Program-made: the position numbers and the translations under genes
Source: Paraphysomonas bandaiensis
Taxonomy: Eukaryota; Protista; Chrysophyceae
Assembly: GCA_965644295.1 (NCBI GenBank)
Contig: CBFFRP010000097.1
Location: 124,001 to 188,000 of the forward strand
Direction: 5' to 3'
Length of the DNA: 64,000 bases
Shown: positions 28,237 to 40,238 of the stretch, in pieces
Layout: the number at the start of each line of letters is the position of its first letter
Position numbering within the stretch: the stretch's first letter is position 1
The notes under the pieces: generated by a model
Seen by the model: the letters and a program-made list of their open reading frames with translations, nothing else
The model's database searches: none
Told to the model about the DNA's origin: nothing

Positions 28237-28772
28237 ACTTGAGTGGCTATCGTCTCCCTCAACGAATTCGTCATCATACTGAGTGCACATCAATTGATTC
28301 TATGTAATTTAAGGCTGAGCAGTGCTTACTAACAATTTAGATATGTGTGCGTATCATATGTTGACACAAGTTCAATGAAACACTGCATCAGTATGCTGTA
28401 CTACTTAGTGTGGGGAGCCAATATACACAATTGCAATATATATGGATTAACACTGGTTCTAATAGTAGCTACGTAGGTCACTAATGTAGTAGAACATAGA
28501 ACACCACCATACTTCCCGCGAGTGCATCTCAACGATTCGCGTAATGAATATACTTGTACTTAGCGTTGTTTGGAATTTGTATATTGAGTTTGCTCTTCAT
28601 TCCATTTCGTATTAGAGAATTCTGTTTGTGCTATTTACCTCTTACTAATAAATAAGAATGATAGTTGGTTGTAAGTAATGTATATGCACCTTGTATTAGT
28701 TAAGCGAGAAGGACTGAGTACTTCATGTGAGAAAGGCCTAGTATCTAGTATTATGATAGTAACACACTGATA

Positions 28773-29594
28773 GGGACCGCTCATATATAGTTATATTTAA
28801 CCACGGGCAATAAGAAGGCTATATCGTCCCGCGCTCAAAATTTTGAAACGAGGGCGAAAAGCCTGAGTTTTAAAATTTAGACAAGGGACGATAATCCTTA
28901 TCCCTAGGTTAAATTGTAGCTTATCCTCATGACGTTGAAAAGTTAATATTAGATTGTATAGCTATTTGTAGCATGCTTGCTGTATTAAGAAATAGATGTT
29001 CCTTGATTAAATTAATAACACAAATGAGAACTCATATAGTTTCAAATGAATGATATGTATACTGTAAGTGTGATGATAAATGTAAACAGTTGAAGATGAC
29101 AGAGAGGCTTCTTATTGCCTTAATTAGCATCATCATCACATTTATATAAGCAGGCTTTACCTCTGCAAGTGCACTTGATCGAAGGATGTGTGTATGATAT
29201 GAGACACACAGTATCCTGAGAAGCATGATATGGCTCCAACCCTGAAAGAACTGGGTGCCACTGCTCCTAACCACCTATATAGCATCAGATATGGTACTTA
29301 AACTCTCCTGTAATATTCTTGAAGTTGTTTCGAAGACCTGGATATGAAGACAGATCACTTGCACTGACATCGTTGTGATCTTATACAGCAGTCGAAAGAT
29401 GGAATATAACCTGGAGTGTTAGATGATCTGCTCTTGATATTTGGCTCATGATTGTGGTTTCTCTATAATTGTGTACTATAATAAAATCACGTACATTCGA
29501 CTGTCATTATCATAATGAAAATAGAAGTGAGCTTCTGTTCAACCGAATATTGAAGTTGAATGTCTATATTTGCCCGGTGCTGATATGAGCGCCC
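28773..29594. mobile_element. Putative degenerate DNA element with a subterminal foldback and imperfect terminal inverted arms
   Basis: Imperfect palindrome 28789-28921 around a GAAAA loop. gggaccgctcatat..cacgggcaa (28773-28810) is inversely matched by ttgcccggtg..atatgagcgccc (~29570-29594). No transposase ORF. Confidence 0.4.
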
Positions 29595-29822
29595 TGTTGA
29601 GCCCAAATCAGGTCAAAAAAAAGCATTTTTTGAGACAAAATGGGGATAATAGCATATATTGTACAGCCTATCGCCTATTTCATAAAGTCTGATGACAACT
29701 CAGTCTCTTAATAATTAATAATACTCAGTATCACCACTATTACAACTCCACGGTACCTACAAAAAATTTCTATTTACTATACGTAAGCTATAACTATTAC
29801 TTTGCTGAAGTAACTCTAAATC

Positions 29823-31555
29823 CTAACAATGACCCAATGTAATAAAGTGTTGGTACGCATCTATTGCAGTAATAATAGTTGTGAATATGCATCCTACACA
29901 TCCGCACAGTGCCATAAACAAGTCTCCATAAAATTGCAATCTTATCATCGACCCATAAGTAATCTGCAGGAAGTCTCCTGCTGAACCGACATGATCTACT
30001 GGGGAGGAACTTCCATCTTCCTCCTCCCTAATGTAGTCCATACGTGGTTTGATAACGATGAGTAGATGCAGCACTGGCGGTAAGACAAAAGAGAGAATGG
30101 TAACAGTAAAGGATCCTAAGAGTGAGACGACCTAGTATAATGTAAACATTTATCAATATATATATATGCTAAGGTATTACCAGTCCAAAGCAGGGCACAT
30201 GTGCCGCAAGTGCTGTGCACATGACAACCAAAAAAAGACGGTTACTCCATCGTAACATCATCGACGGTTCTTCAAAATGCTCTGGAGTGTAGTGTCTTTC
30301 CTCGACCAATTCAGTTTGCCGAACATCACTTTCAGAAGTCAATGAGGAGTAATGAGGTAAAGATACTCCCCCTTCCTCAACTAGAGGTTGAGAAGGGCGA
30401 GTCCATCTCCGAATACTTTGTATAATCATCTGCTCAATCATTTCCGCAGGAGGCACCATAGTCAAAGGAAACGACACCAAACATACCTATTTACCACACT
30501 TAGCTTATGTATACAACAGTGTGCATCGCACTATAAATGGCTTCGAGGGTTACATCATATGTGGTGCATACTTATATAACAGTGTACATTAGTGGTTTTG
30601 AGGGCTATATATCATACGTATTGCATCATACCATTGCTAGAGCAGTTCGCACGACTGCAGCCGTTGTTGAGTGTTTGGGCAGATTTTGCAGAATATTACC
30701 ACTAATTCCTGACGGGTCATATTGATACACCAGACATAGAACATCTCCCATGAGTACATAGAAAGAACATACAAATATCATCGACCACATGACAGCGCGA
30801 GGAAAATCAGCCCTATTAGCCATGCTCTCCTCCACAGGGAAGGCAAACGTACAGAGACCAAAGCAGAATACAGCAATTCCTATGAAAGTAGTTAATGCTG
30901 AAGGGCTTGTGGGAAGCATGGTCAGTTCCGTTTCTGTTTCTTGGAATCCATCCCCATATGATGACAGTCCGAATGCAATCAATACGCCAATACTAATCAG
31001 TAAACACATCAGACCAGCGAATGAAGTTTTCGACAGAACACCGATATTTTTCGGACAAGAGAGTGGGTAAACAACAAAAAAACTTAAGTATATAAAGCCC
31101 GTGGTCTGTGCGGATTCGGGATACACTGACAGAGGGTTCCCGGGTATATCTTTGAGAAACTGTGCGAATGCAATTTGATATGACGCACATACCCCTAATA
31201 ACGTAGCAACTATCGCCGTATCAGTAAAGAATACACCCCACCATCCACATGCACTGTATGCAATCCTCGAATAAGAGGAAGATACGCCTTTCGGGTAATG
31301 AGTCCCTTCACAGTGCCTCTTACAGCTTATCATCAAGAAACATGACATGACATTCCATACTGCAATGCATATGATCCCCATAGGGGAGAAGAGGAGACCC
31401 CCTTTATAGGCTGCATAAGGGAGGGCAAGGATACCGTTTCCTATAGAGAGCTGCGGGGGTCAGATGAGACATACGTGTGTATAGATATGCACCTTAGAGA
31501 GGTTCACTGCCGCCCAGAAGACTGAGTTGCCCTGAGTCTCCTTTGAGGTGGACAT
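29823..31555 (-). CDS. Amino acid transporter (AAAP / Aa_trans, SLC36/38-like), spliced
   Basis: MSTSKETQGNSVFWAAVNLSK|LSIGNGILALPYAAYKGGLL across 42-nt intron 31492-31451; many TM helices; FPVEESM, NILQNLP, VSLLGSFT. Confidence 0.9.
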
Positions 31556-31634
31556 TTAGAGGGAGGAAGGAGTATTGAATAATGGAAGCACTGTGACCAT
31601 AGAAGACATCCAACCACAACTGACATATGGACAC

Positions 31635-32300
31635 GTATGTATGTATGTATGTATGTATGTATGTATGTATGTATGTATGTATGTATGTATGTATGTATGT
31701 ATGTATGTATGTATGTATGTATGTATGTATGTATGTATGTATGTATGTATGTATGTATGTATGTATGTATGTATGTATGTATGTATGTATGTATGTATGT
31801 ATGTATGTATGTATGTATGTATGTATGTATGTATGTATGTATGTATGTATGTATGTATGTATGTATGTATGTATGTATGTATGTATGTATGTATGTATGT
31901 ATGTATGTATGTATGTATGTATGTATGTATGTATGTATGTATGTATGTATGTATGTATGTATGTATGTATGTATGTATGTATGTATGTATGTATGTATGT
32001 ATGTATGTATGTATGTATGTATGTATGCATGTATGTATGTATGTATGTATGTATGTATGTATGTATGTATGTATGTAGGTATGTATGTATGTATGTATGT
32101 ATGTATGTATGTATGTATGTATGTATGTATGTATGTATGTATGTATGTAGGTAGGTAGGTAGGTAGGTAGGTAGGTAGGTAGGTAGGTAGGTAGGTAGGT
32201 AGGTATGTATGTATGTATGTATGTATGTATGTATGTATGTATGTATGTATGTATGTATGTATGTATGTATGTATGTATGTATGTATGTATGTATGTATGT
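31635..32300. repeat. Compound microsatellite (TATG)n-(TAGG)14-(TATG)n, ~665 bp
   Basis: Seen directly; TAGG block at 32148-32203; lies between the divergent transporter and GMC genes. Confidence 0.98.
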
Positions 32301-32506
32301 GGCGATGATATGATTTGTGTTCTGTGTAGTGGATGTTCTGTTTGTTGCAATGTTAGTCAGCGTTCATTGAGTCTAATCATTAAGTTACAGTATTGCACAC
32401 TGTATTCTCGTATTGATAGCCAGTGTATTTATATTTCGTATAGCTGAACCTCATCTCGTATATATATATATATATACATATATAGCATATCGACAGGAAT
32501 ATAAAC

Positions 32507-34474
32507 ATGCTTTCTATTGTTTCCAGAGTTAGAAACTCATCGATTCCATCTCATCTAGTGGTAAAGAGGAGTGTCTCTACAGCAACTAAGACGTGTAATA
32601 GTGTAAGGAAAGGCACTTGTATAGGCGTGTCACTGGGCCTGCTGACTCTGGGGGTCTCTTACTGCAATGGAAACAAGAAAGAAGAGATGAAGAATGTTGT
32701 CGTTAATGGAATTGATGAATTTAGTTCTGTGATTGTGGGAGGCGGCACTGGCGGATGTACTACCGCTTATCTTCTGGCAAAATGGATGGAAGAACACAAA
32801 ATCCCAGGCACTGTGTTGGTTGTTGATAGGGGTGTTGCGTTTAGCCCGGAGGAAGGTCCGGACCCTAAGATGTGGGGTTGGTTTGATAACTGGGGTAGTT
32901 TTGGAGAGGCCCATATGACCCTTCATAGCGACGGATCCCATTACCCTGTCACTGCGACGGATCACAAAGGTTTCGGCGGTTGCGGATCCCACGACACGAG
33001 AATAACCTACCAACTCCGCCCTGAACAACAGCAGCGAATGAGTGATTTTATGGGATGGTCAGTGGCAGAATTGAATATTTACTACCAAGCGGCGTTGAAT
33101 TTGATGCCTTTATACCGGGCCAATCCTGTAGAAGAGCCCTTCTACACAGCATGCATTGACGCGCTTACTAAGAATGGGCCCCTTAAACGAATTCCTGGTG
33201 ATGAGTTCAAGTCGCGTATAGTAGTTGATAGTATTGCTCAGTGCTCTATGGCAATGTTTGGTTCTTCTGAACTGCGTTGGACGTCTGCTTATCTACTACA
33301 CGACGCTGTACGTCCGAAGAACTTAGTGGTATTGTCTTGTGCAGACGTTCAGCGTGTCGAGCTCGAGAGGAAATCGGATGGAAAGCTTACAGCGCACTCA
33401 GTCGTAATTGTTCGCAAAGACGGCACCAAGGAACGGGCACAACTTAGCAATCGCGGATGTGTTGCGATCACCAGCGGTGCTCTCGGAGCTCCTGCCGTTT
33501 TACAGAGAAGTGGTATCGGGCCTGGTGAAAAACTCCGATCTCTTGATATCGATGTCGTAGTAGACAATGCTGAAGTAGGACATGGTGTAGATCACCCGGA
33601 AATAGCTGTGCGCTATGCATGGCTTGATAAATGGAATGAAGCTGATGGTAATCTCCCACGTGGAGGCGTCACGGGCTGGCCTTTGAATATATTTGCAAGC
33701 ATACCACTCACGAAGGGAGATTCGCGAAAGCGCAATACTTTTATGCAGGCCCATTTTGGAGCAGGCTTTGCAGAACCGTATACAGATTTCCCCTCAGTAG
33801 TTATGACCCCATCTTGTGTTCAACCGGACCCATCAGCTGGGTTTCGTGCAACAATTACATCCACTGATCCAAGTCAATCACTTTATGTGGTACATGACGA
33901 CCAACGCGGAGATCTCGAGGTCATGGCGAAAGGAGTTCAATGTGCTGTGGGTTTAATGGACACTCTAAAAAAGGAAGGTGTTTGTGGGGAGCGCATCGAA
34001 CCTGAGCCTGAGGTAGATATCAATAATACTGAAGTGCTAATGGATTGGATTAAGGAGAATCATGGGACTGTGTTTCATTGGGCGAGCACTTGCAAAGCCG
34101 GCCGAAACGGTGCTGTTGCGGACGAGAGATTCCGTGTACGAGATAACGCTAATGCTGCTGGAAGAAGAGATGGAGTTATCGATAACCTCTTTGTTGGTTC
34201 TGCCGCGGCTTTGCCAGAAATACCAGAGAGCAATCCACACTTATCTGTGACCGCCTTTTCTTTCGCACTAGCGAAAGAGATGTTATGGGCAATGCATACG
34301 AAGCAGCCACAGTCAGAATGGGCAGAGCCTGAGGAGCTTCGAATTGCTCGGCGTGACTTATTTGGTAATCATGGTTCCCCCGTCATTCGTCGTCCGGGAG
34401 AAGAAAGGCCTGCTATAGCAGCGATTGCTAATGAACACTATAAGTGTTGGGCGGAGAAACACAAGACTGAATAA
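32507..34474 (+). CDS. GMC oxidoreductase, choline-oxidase-like, with N-terminal targeting peptide and hydrophobic segment
   Basis: VIVGGGTGG (FAD binding), GGCGSH, GALGAPAVLQRSGIGP, VGHGVDHPE, TVFHWASTC, SNP; intronless, 655 aa. Confidence 0.88.
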   Translation: MLSIVSRVRNSSIPSHLVVKRSVSTATKTCNSVRKGTCIGVSLGLLTLGVSYCNGNKKEEMKNVVVNGIDEFSSVIVGGGTGGCTTAYLLAKWMEEHKIPGTVLVVDRGVAFSPEEGPDPKMWGWFDNWGSFGEAHMTLHSDGSHYPVTATDHKGFGGCGSHDTRITYQLRPEQQQRMSDFMGWSVAELNIYYQAALNLMPLYRANPVEEPFYTACIDALTKNGPLKRIPGDEFKSRIVVDSIAQCSMAMFGSSELRWTSAYLLHDAVRPKNLVVLSCADVQRVELERKSDGKLTAHSVVIVRKDGTKERAQLSNRGCVAITSGALGAPAVLQRSGIGPGEKLRSLDIDVVVDNAEVGHGVDHPEIAVRYAWLDKWNEADGNLPRGGVTGWPLNIFASIPLTKGDSRKRNTFMQAHFGAGFAEPYTDFPSVVMTPSCVQPDPSAGFRATITSTDPSQSLYVVHDDQRGDLEVMAKGVQCAVGLMDTLKKEGVCGERIEPEPEVDINNTEVLMDWIKENHGTVFHWASTCKAGRNGAVADERFRVRDNANAAGRRDGVIDNLFVGSAAALPEIPESNPHLSVTAFSFALAKEMLWAMHTKQPQSEWAEPEELRIARRDLFGNHGSPVIRRPGEERPAIAAIANEHYKCWAEKHKTE

Positions 34475-34907
34475 ACACAGTTAAGTTCACAACCTATAGA
34501 AATTTTACGTAATAAACTAAATAATTATATACTAAACAATATGTTGGCATTTAAAACTTAGATTAACAGTGTTGACTTTGGCAGTGTTTACTTGCTATGA
34601 ACACCGATATTCCTGCCTCCTCATATCGAATCGATAACTATATAACTATACCTTACTCCATTACATCACTATTAAATATCTTCATTAACCATTAAGAGTG
34701 TCTGGTGGGCTTCCCGAGTACCCTATATGTAATAATCTAATTAATCTATATTAACAGCTAATTTTACACAGCACATCATTAAATTTGAATAGCTTATATC
34801 TTCAACGAAGTCCGACCCGCACCTTTTAGTGGAGTAATGGAGGATAAGTGTTTCTCCGGGAAATATAAACAGAAGATATTGTTCGGCGCACTAATAGCCT
34901 AATGCCA

Positions 34908-35192
34908 GGAATGGACCCACCTCAAGGGTATCGGCGATATTGGGCTTCCAGCTGAAGTCAAGCATCTTGGTATTCACCTTAAGGACTAAAACATCCTGAA
35001 GTCAGCAGATGTCAGGTATATTAGCATTCTTCCTGCTTGTTACTTCTTACTCACTGCGTTTGCTTTGAATGATAGAGCGAAAGTGGTTGCACCTTGTACC
35101 TTGCGGTGACGCACAAGAAGTAGGATATCAGAGTTAAGCACCGACTTATTACACGCCTATAGGCTATTGCTAATAATAAGGCATTCACTACT
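34908..35192 (+). repeat. Dispersed repeat family A, copy 3 (longest)
   Basis: Here the cccacctcaaggg..gctgaagtca block precedes the shared core. Confidence 0.85.
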
Positions 35193-35634
35193 ACTGCGGA
35201 CTGCGGAAATACCATTACTAGATTACTAGCTGGTAGCTGGGAACAACATGTAGCTGCTGAATAATATTTCCCTTACTACTATATCGCAATATCATTATCA
35301 ATCGATATGTAAAAAGGCATTGTAATATTATAGATAGGAAGCAACCTTTCAATACTAGCAATATGATGTAGTTTCCGAGCCCTAACTATAAGTACGCTTT
35401 CTTGAAATGTACTTTGATTTTCAAACAACAATACGATGAACAATTAGTACGATAAAAAAATACACTTTTAAGTTAAGCATCAACGCCCAATAATCTTACA
35501 CTCAATTCAAGCGCTATTAATACAAATAAAAAATAGAATCAATCGAACGTTTAAAACACAAAGCATATGTGGGATATTTTTGTGCATATATTTGCTGGAT
35601 AAAATGACGAAATACAAACATTTGTACCACGAGA

Positions 35635-36091
35635 TTAATCGGTAGAACGTTCATCGATGTAACATCTCTTTGCTTCAGAATCATCTGCATACATGCAGTG
35701 ACGCTTCGATAAAAGAGATCCCGTCTCTACCTCGAAGCTATTCTCCACATTATTAGGACTCGTAGATTCACTCGCACGTCGGGGTGGAGTAGAATAACTC
35801 GCAGCTAAAAGCACGAGTCGAGAAGAAAGTGTTTCGAGCTTAATATACTCTTCAAAACTAGATGCCTGAAGGTAAAGGAGCTGAAATATATAGTGCAGTT
35901 ATGGTCGGTGCGATATACCAGTACATCTACATACACACCTGCTCAAGACGTTTGGCCATAACTGGAAACCGATTCTTGCATGTTTCTTTCTTTCGAGAAG
36001 AACTTCGAGACACTAAGATGTCCTCAATACACCTCTGGATATCCATTCGATGGATGCTGTGGTCCTGTGTGCGCCAAGATTTCACTTCCAT
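35635..36091 (-). CDS. Small stand-alone KIX-like (Med15/CBP-type) domain protein, 132 aa, two exons
   Basis: Exon 36091-35939, intron 35938-35881 (GTGTGT..TTTCAG), exon 35880-35635 ending TAA. Translation: MEVKSWRTQDHSIHRMDIQRCIEDILVSR..FPVMAKRLEQLLYLQASSFEEYIKLETLSSRL. Confidence 0.75.
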
Positions 36092-36787
36092 ACACTCTCG
36101 ATCCACCTGTGTGACAGTTGATCTCATAACTCTTGCAAATAACTATCAATCAGCGGTGAAGATATTGTGAGTATTGCAGTAAATACTTCACTGAGAAAAC
36201 ATACTTGGACGTAATGACAATTTGCGGTGACGACGACACGTATCAACAGTGATTTTATTGTTGCTTTCTTTCATGTGGGTGAAGCTGTAACCCATTCAAC
36301 ACATACTTCCCATATTTCGTGTGTATTATAGATATGGGATTGTCCACACTCATATGGACAACCATCAGCATATCAACTGCTATTATTGTATGGGATGGAT
36401 GGGATACTGTGCGTACTTTATGTAGTGACGAGAGGAAGAGGGAACAGGCATCATAATGACGTACTGTATTACAGTACATATCTAGCAATGTAAACCTCAA
36501 AAATTAGGATTTTGAAACCTAATTTTGCAAAAATTCCATATTTTGACACTTAATCCCTTTGGTTCGTCACAGACGACGTTTTATATGAGTGTGTGTATTG
36601 GGGGGAGCTGGTGCATCATCACCATCATCATCAGCAGGTCGTGGGCAGTTGAAACAGTACGGATCAGAGTGCTTGTACTATATGATCGCCATACAGCTGC
36701 AAGGATATTGAGTTGTATGGACAATATATAGTGACATTTGTTATGTAATGTTTTGTCTGTGGTGTTAATTATTAAAGAATAACGAGC

Positions 36788-38791
36788 ATGCCTCCTTTTC
36801 GACCGCGATCTAGTCGCGCAAGGAATGCGAGGAGAAGTTTCTCACCTCCGCGAAATAGGCGACCAAAGTCCGCCGGAGATATTCTTAAACACCATGGAAA
36901 TTTGGGGTCATTAAGTACTAGTAGTGGAGATCTCCCATCGACTTCTAGATCTGTGAGAGAGACGATGAGTCGGATTCAATCTGCCCGAGAGGCCAAATCT
37001 ATAGCCACTCCGCGTATGCCGATGTGCTCCCATTCAGCTAGAGAACTCTTATCGCGACGTATATCGGCTGCTGAAATGTTGTCAAGATCGAAAACGCGAG
37101 TTCCTGTTAGTAGCCTTACAATTAGAGAAAAGATAGTAAAGGTCAGAGATTCTATTGAGAGGGATCATAGCCCCGAAAGGGGTTCATCCCGAAATACAAG
37201 TCCAACATTTGGTAGTCCAAGAGCCAAAAAGAAACTTCCTCCAGTAATGGCCTGTCTGAAACCAGAAAATGTTATTATTGCTGATGCTGCTGAGAGAATT
37301 CGTAGGCAGTTGATCGCAAAGGATGTCCTATCACAAACAGAAGCTGCTCATAGAAGTTCGATCGACGATCGCATTCTTCTTCGCGAAAAAAAAAATACCC
37401 TTGCTTTGCATAGGCAACAAGATAAAGCTCAGAAAGTTTTCCTAATGAAAACTGTGAAATGTCTTGTTTTTATGTCGTTATTGGCGACTCATCTGAGAAT
37501 GTCGAGACGTATGAGTCGTCCTGCCCTTTTCTATAGTCGAAGTCTTGCACATTGCTCACGAGTTTCAGATGATATGGATGACGACGATTCTGTAAAATTA
37601 GAACTTATATCCTCGTACCGTCTTTTTGTACAATCAATATGCAAGCACAAATGGAGAATAACACTTGCCTTTAGTATTTTACGGAAGCGCGCTTCTGCAA
37701 GAATACTGCGCCAAAGTCTGCAAGCTGTTCAGAAAGGTCCAGAGGTATGTGGTATCATTCACAGCAGCGTTTTTTACTGATCTACTCCTATTTCTATTTC
37801 AGGCAAAGAAAAGTATAAGCAACTTTCTCAGAAAAATATTCATTGTCCAACGTGCCATGCGATCTTTTCTTGCAGCCCGAAAAGCACGCTTTGAGTTATT
37901 GTCCCAGGAGTGGGAGAAAGAAGACTTTAAGTATTGTCAGGTGTGCTATATTATGTATTATGAAATGAATTTATGTCGTAACAGGGAGTTCTTCTGGAGC
38001 GAAAACAACAATCGAAAAAAAATCTTGAGAATACGCTGGGGAGTTTTAAAACTATTCCCAAAGATGTCAAGTGAATGTCTCATTGCATTGTTGTCCTATT
38101 CTTACTCCTACTCAATATTATTTAGGCACAATATAGCGCGGCAACGTCGACGATGGAACACGATCGACAAAAATATGAAACGACTTCTGCAAGTATTAAT
38201 GCTTTCTAGAATTTCTGATACATTGTCCTCATGTTTTGTGCAGAAAATTTATGAGGATCAAAATATAAAGACTTCTGTGATGTTCATGACTGTTGAAGAG
38301 GAGTCAGATGACGATGATGATGGTGTGACTTTCAACCACGTTAAAGAGTTAATGGTACCAGATTGGGCGAAGGACGTAGCCATGCGAGAGATTGTAAAAG
38401 AAAAGGTATGTACTGCTTAAATGATACACATATCTAACAAGTTGTCAGAGGAGAGAGTTTCTAGCATATTTAGAGCTTAAATTAAAGCCTCAAAAAGCAA
38501 CTTTACCGACGGTACTCTAGTAGAATTGGAATTGTTTGTACATCTAACAATCGAATGTAGCATTCTCTTGAAGAAGCCAAACTATATATCGGAGGTTATA
38601 AGAGTGAGACAGCTGATGCTGGTCTCTTTCACTCCTATACTTTTTTTAATCTTTTCAAGTGAGTACCACATCGTGAAAAAAGTATATATGCAAGTAATGT
38701 CTTCTTCAGAATGCTTCGTGAAAATGAAATTCGGGATAAAATAATTGCAGTACACAGGCATCTTGGAACATTTCAAAATTACAATGTCTAG
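36788..38791 (+). CDS. Basic S/R-rich protein with IQ-like motif, multi-exon, unknown function
   Basis: ORFs 36788 and 37665 plus short downstream exons; IVQRAMRSFLAARK is IQ-like; 3' end approximate. Confidence 0.6.
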
Positions 38792-39623
38792 ATTTACTGA
38801 CGACATTTGATGATGACGATTATGTATTTGAATTGTGTGTTAGTGTATGTGTGGTTGTGGTAAATACTACAGTTTGGCTTGACTACAAAGGGCCCCAACA
38901 CCTACATTAGTGGAAGTGATTAGCCAATGTTGAAGCAAATTACTTTCACACAGTATAATTGTGGTATTAATTTATATTGTGTTAATTGTTGCAATTCGTG
39001 TCACTTTTACTTTTGCTAGAGTATATATTACGTGCTCGGAAGGGCTCTTAACTGAATTACAAGCCATTAAATCGAATTTTAGAATCCATATACCTTTCTA
39101 AATATAATATTATATCATAGTGAGAGCCATTGAGTATTATAACATTAGGATGATAGACTATAATCAACTGAAATTTAGTTTTTTTTTCTATGATCAATCA
39201 TTCACTTTACTTATATCGTCTCAACTATCAATCATTATTAAAAGATCTCAGATTGTCACAATCTTTTATACATAGTCAACATATGCACAGTCAAAACATA
39301 TCGCGAACTGATATCTCTGTGTTCAAGAACAAATTGCCGAAGACCTATTGACTGTCAATCTGTCAATCACATATCAACCACGTCAATGTTAGCCGATCTT
39401 CTCACGAAACGAACTTCATTCCACTTCATATTGCTAACTTCATTGATGGGGGGAGCTGTGTTTGACATTATCCAGCAACAATAGAAATCGATCAACTATT
39501 TCAGAGACACGCAATCACAATTTTCATGCCACAAACGACCTCGGTGGCTAGTTTGAGTTACACGGAGTTTTTACCATTTTTTTCTCTATACATAATGCTG
39601 AACCTAAAGTCGAGGTAATAATT

Positions 39624-39652
39624 AAACCTGGTAAAGCGATTTTACCAGGTTT
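39624..39652. other. Perfect 12-bp hairpin AAACCTGGTAAA-gcgat-TTTACCAGGTTT
   Basis: Read directly, in a convergent intergenic region. Confidence 0.7.
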
Positions 39653-40238
39653 TATATCTAAGTATTAAATTATTATTATTATTATCCTCTTGAAGAGGAT
39701 GGTCACACAATTCAGCATCTCAGCAGTTCGTTTGTTAACTAGTGACTGCTAGTCTGGTAAGATTAAACATTCATTCAAGTGTCGTTCATAGAAAGGCTTC
39801 AAAAAGTTCACATTGAACCGCACTGCTATTTCTCCTGTATGTCAATGCATTCATTATGCATCAGTAAAAAGTAGGTGTGACTCCGCCTGTTATTGCTATA
39901 TTCAAAACACAGTCGGAATACCAATAAGTAACGTTGACTAATTAAACTCGAAATTGTATTGAGTCAGTAACTACGGAATAATTACTGTTTACTATCGTAC
40001 TTTCGTCACCCTTTCAAATCACTTTCTAGTGTCTCATCATATATTACTAATATAATTTGTATATTGCACTTATGGAAAGATTAATAGTAATTCTACTACA
40101 GCACGTATTCCAACAGGCAATGAATATATACCGCCCATTGACCACTAATACTAATAACACACATAAAACGAAACTTCAAACTATATTCCCTATATATGCT
40201 AACGATTTGCTACACATACTCTTGCAAACTAATACATG

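Noticed and set aside
35862-36170. + strand 102-aa ORF
   Set aside because: It is antisense to the better-supported spliced KIX gene.
39536-39570. tRNA/SINE A-box-like gacctcggtggctagtttg
   Set aside because: No B-box or cloverleaf follows.
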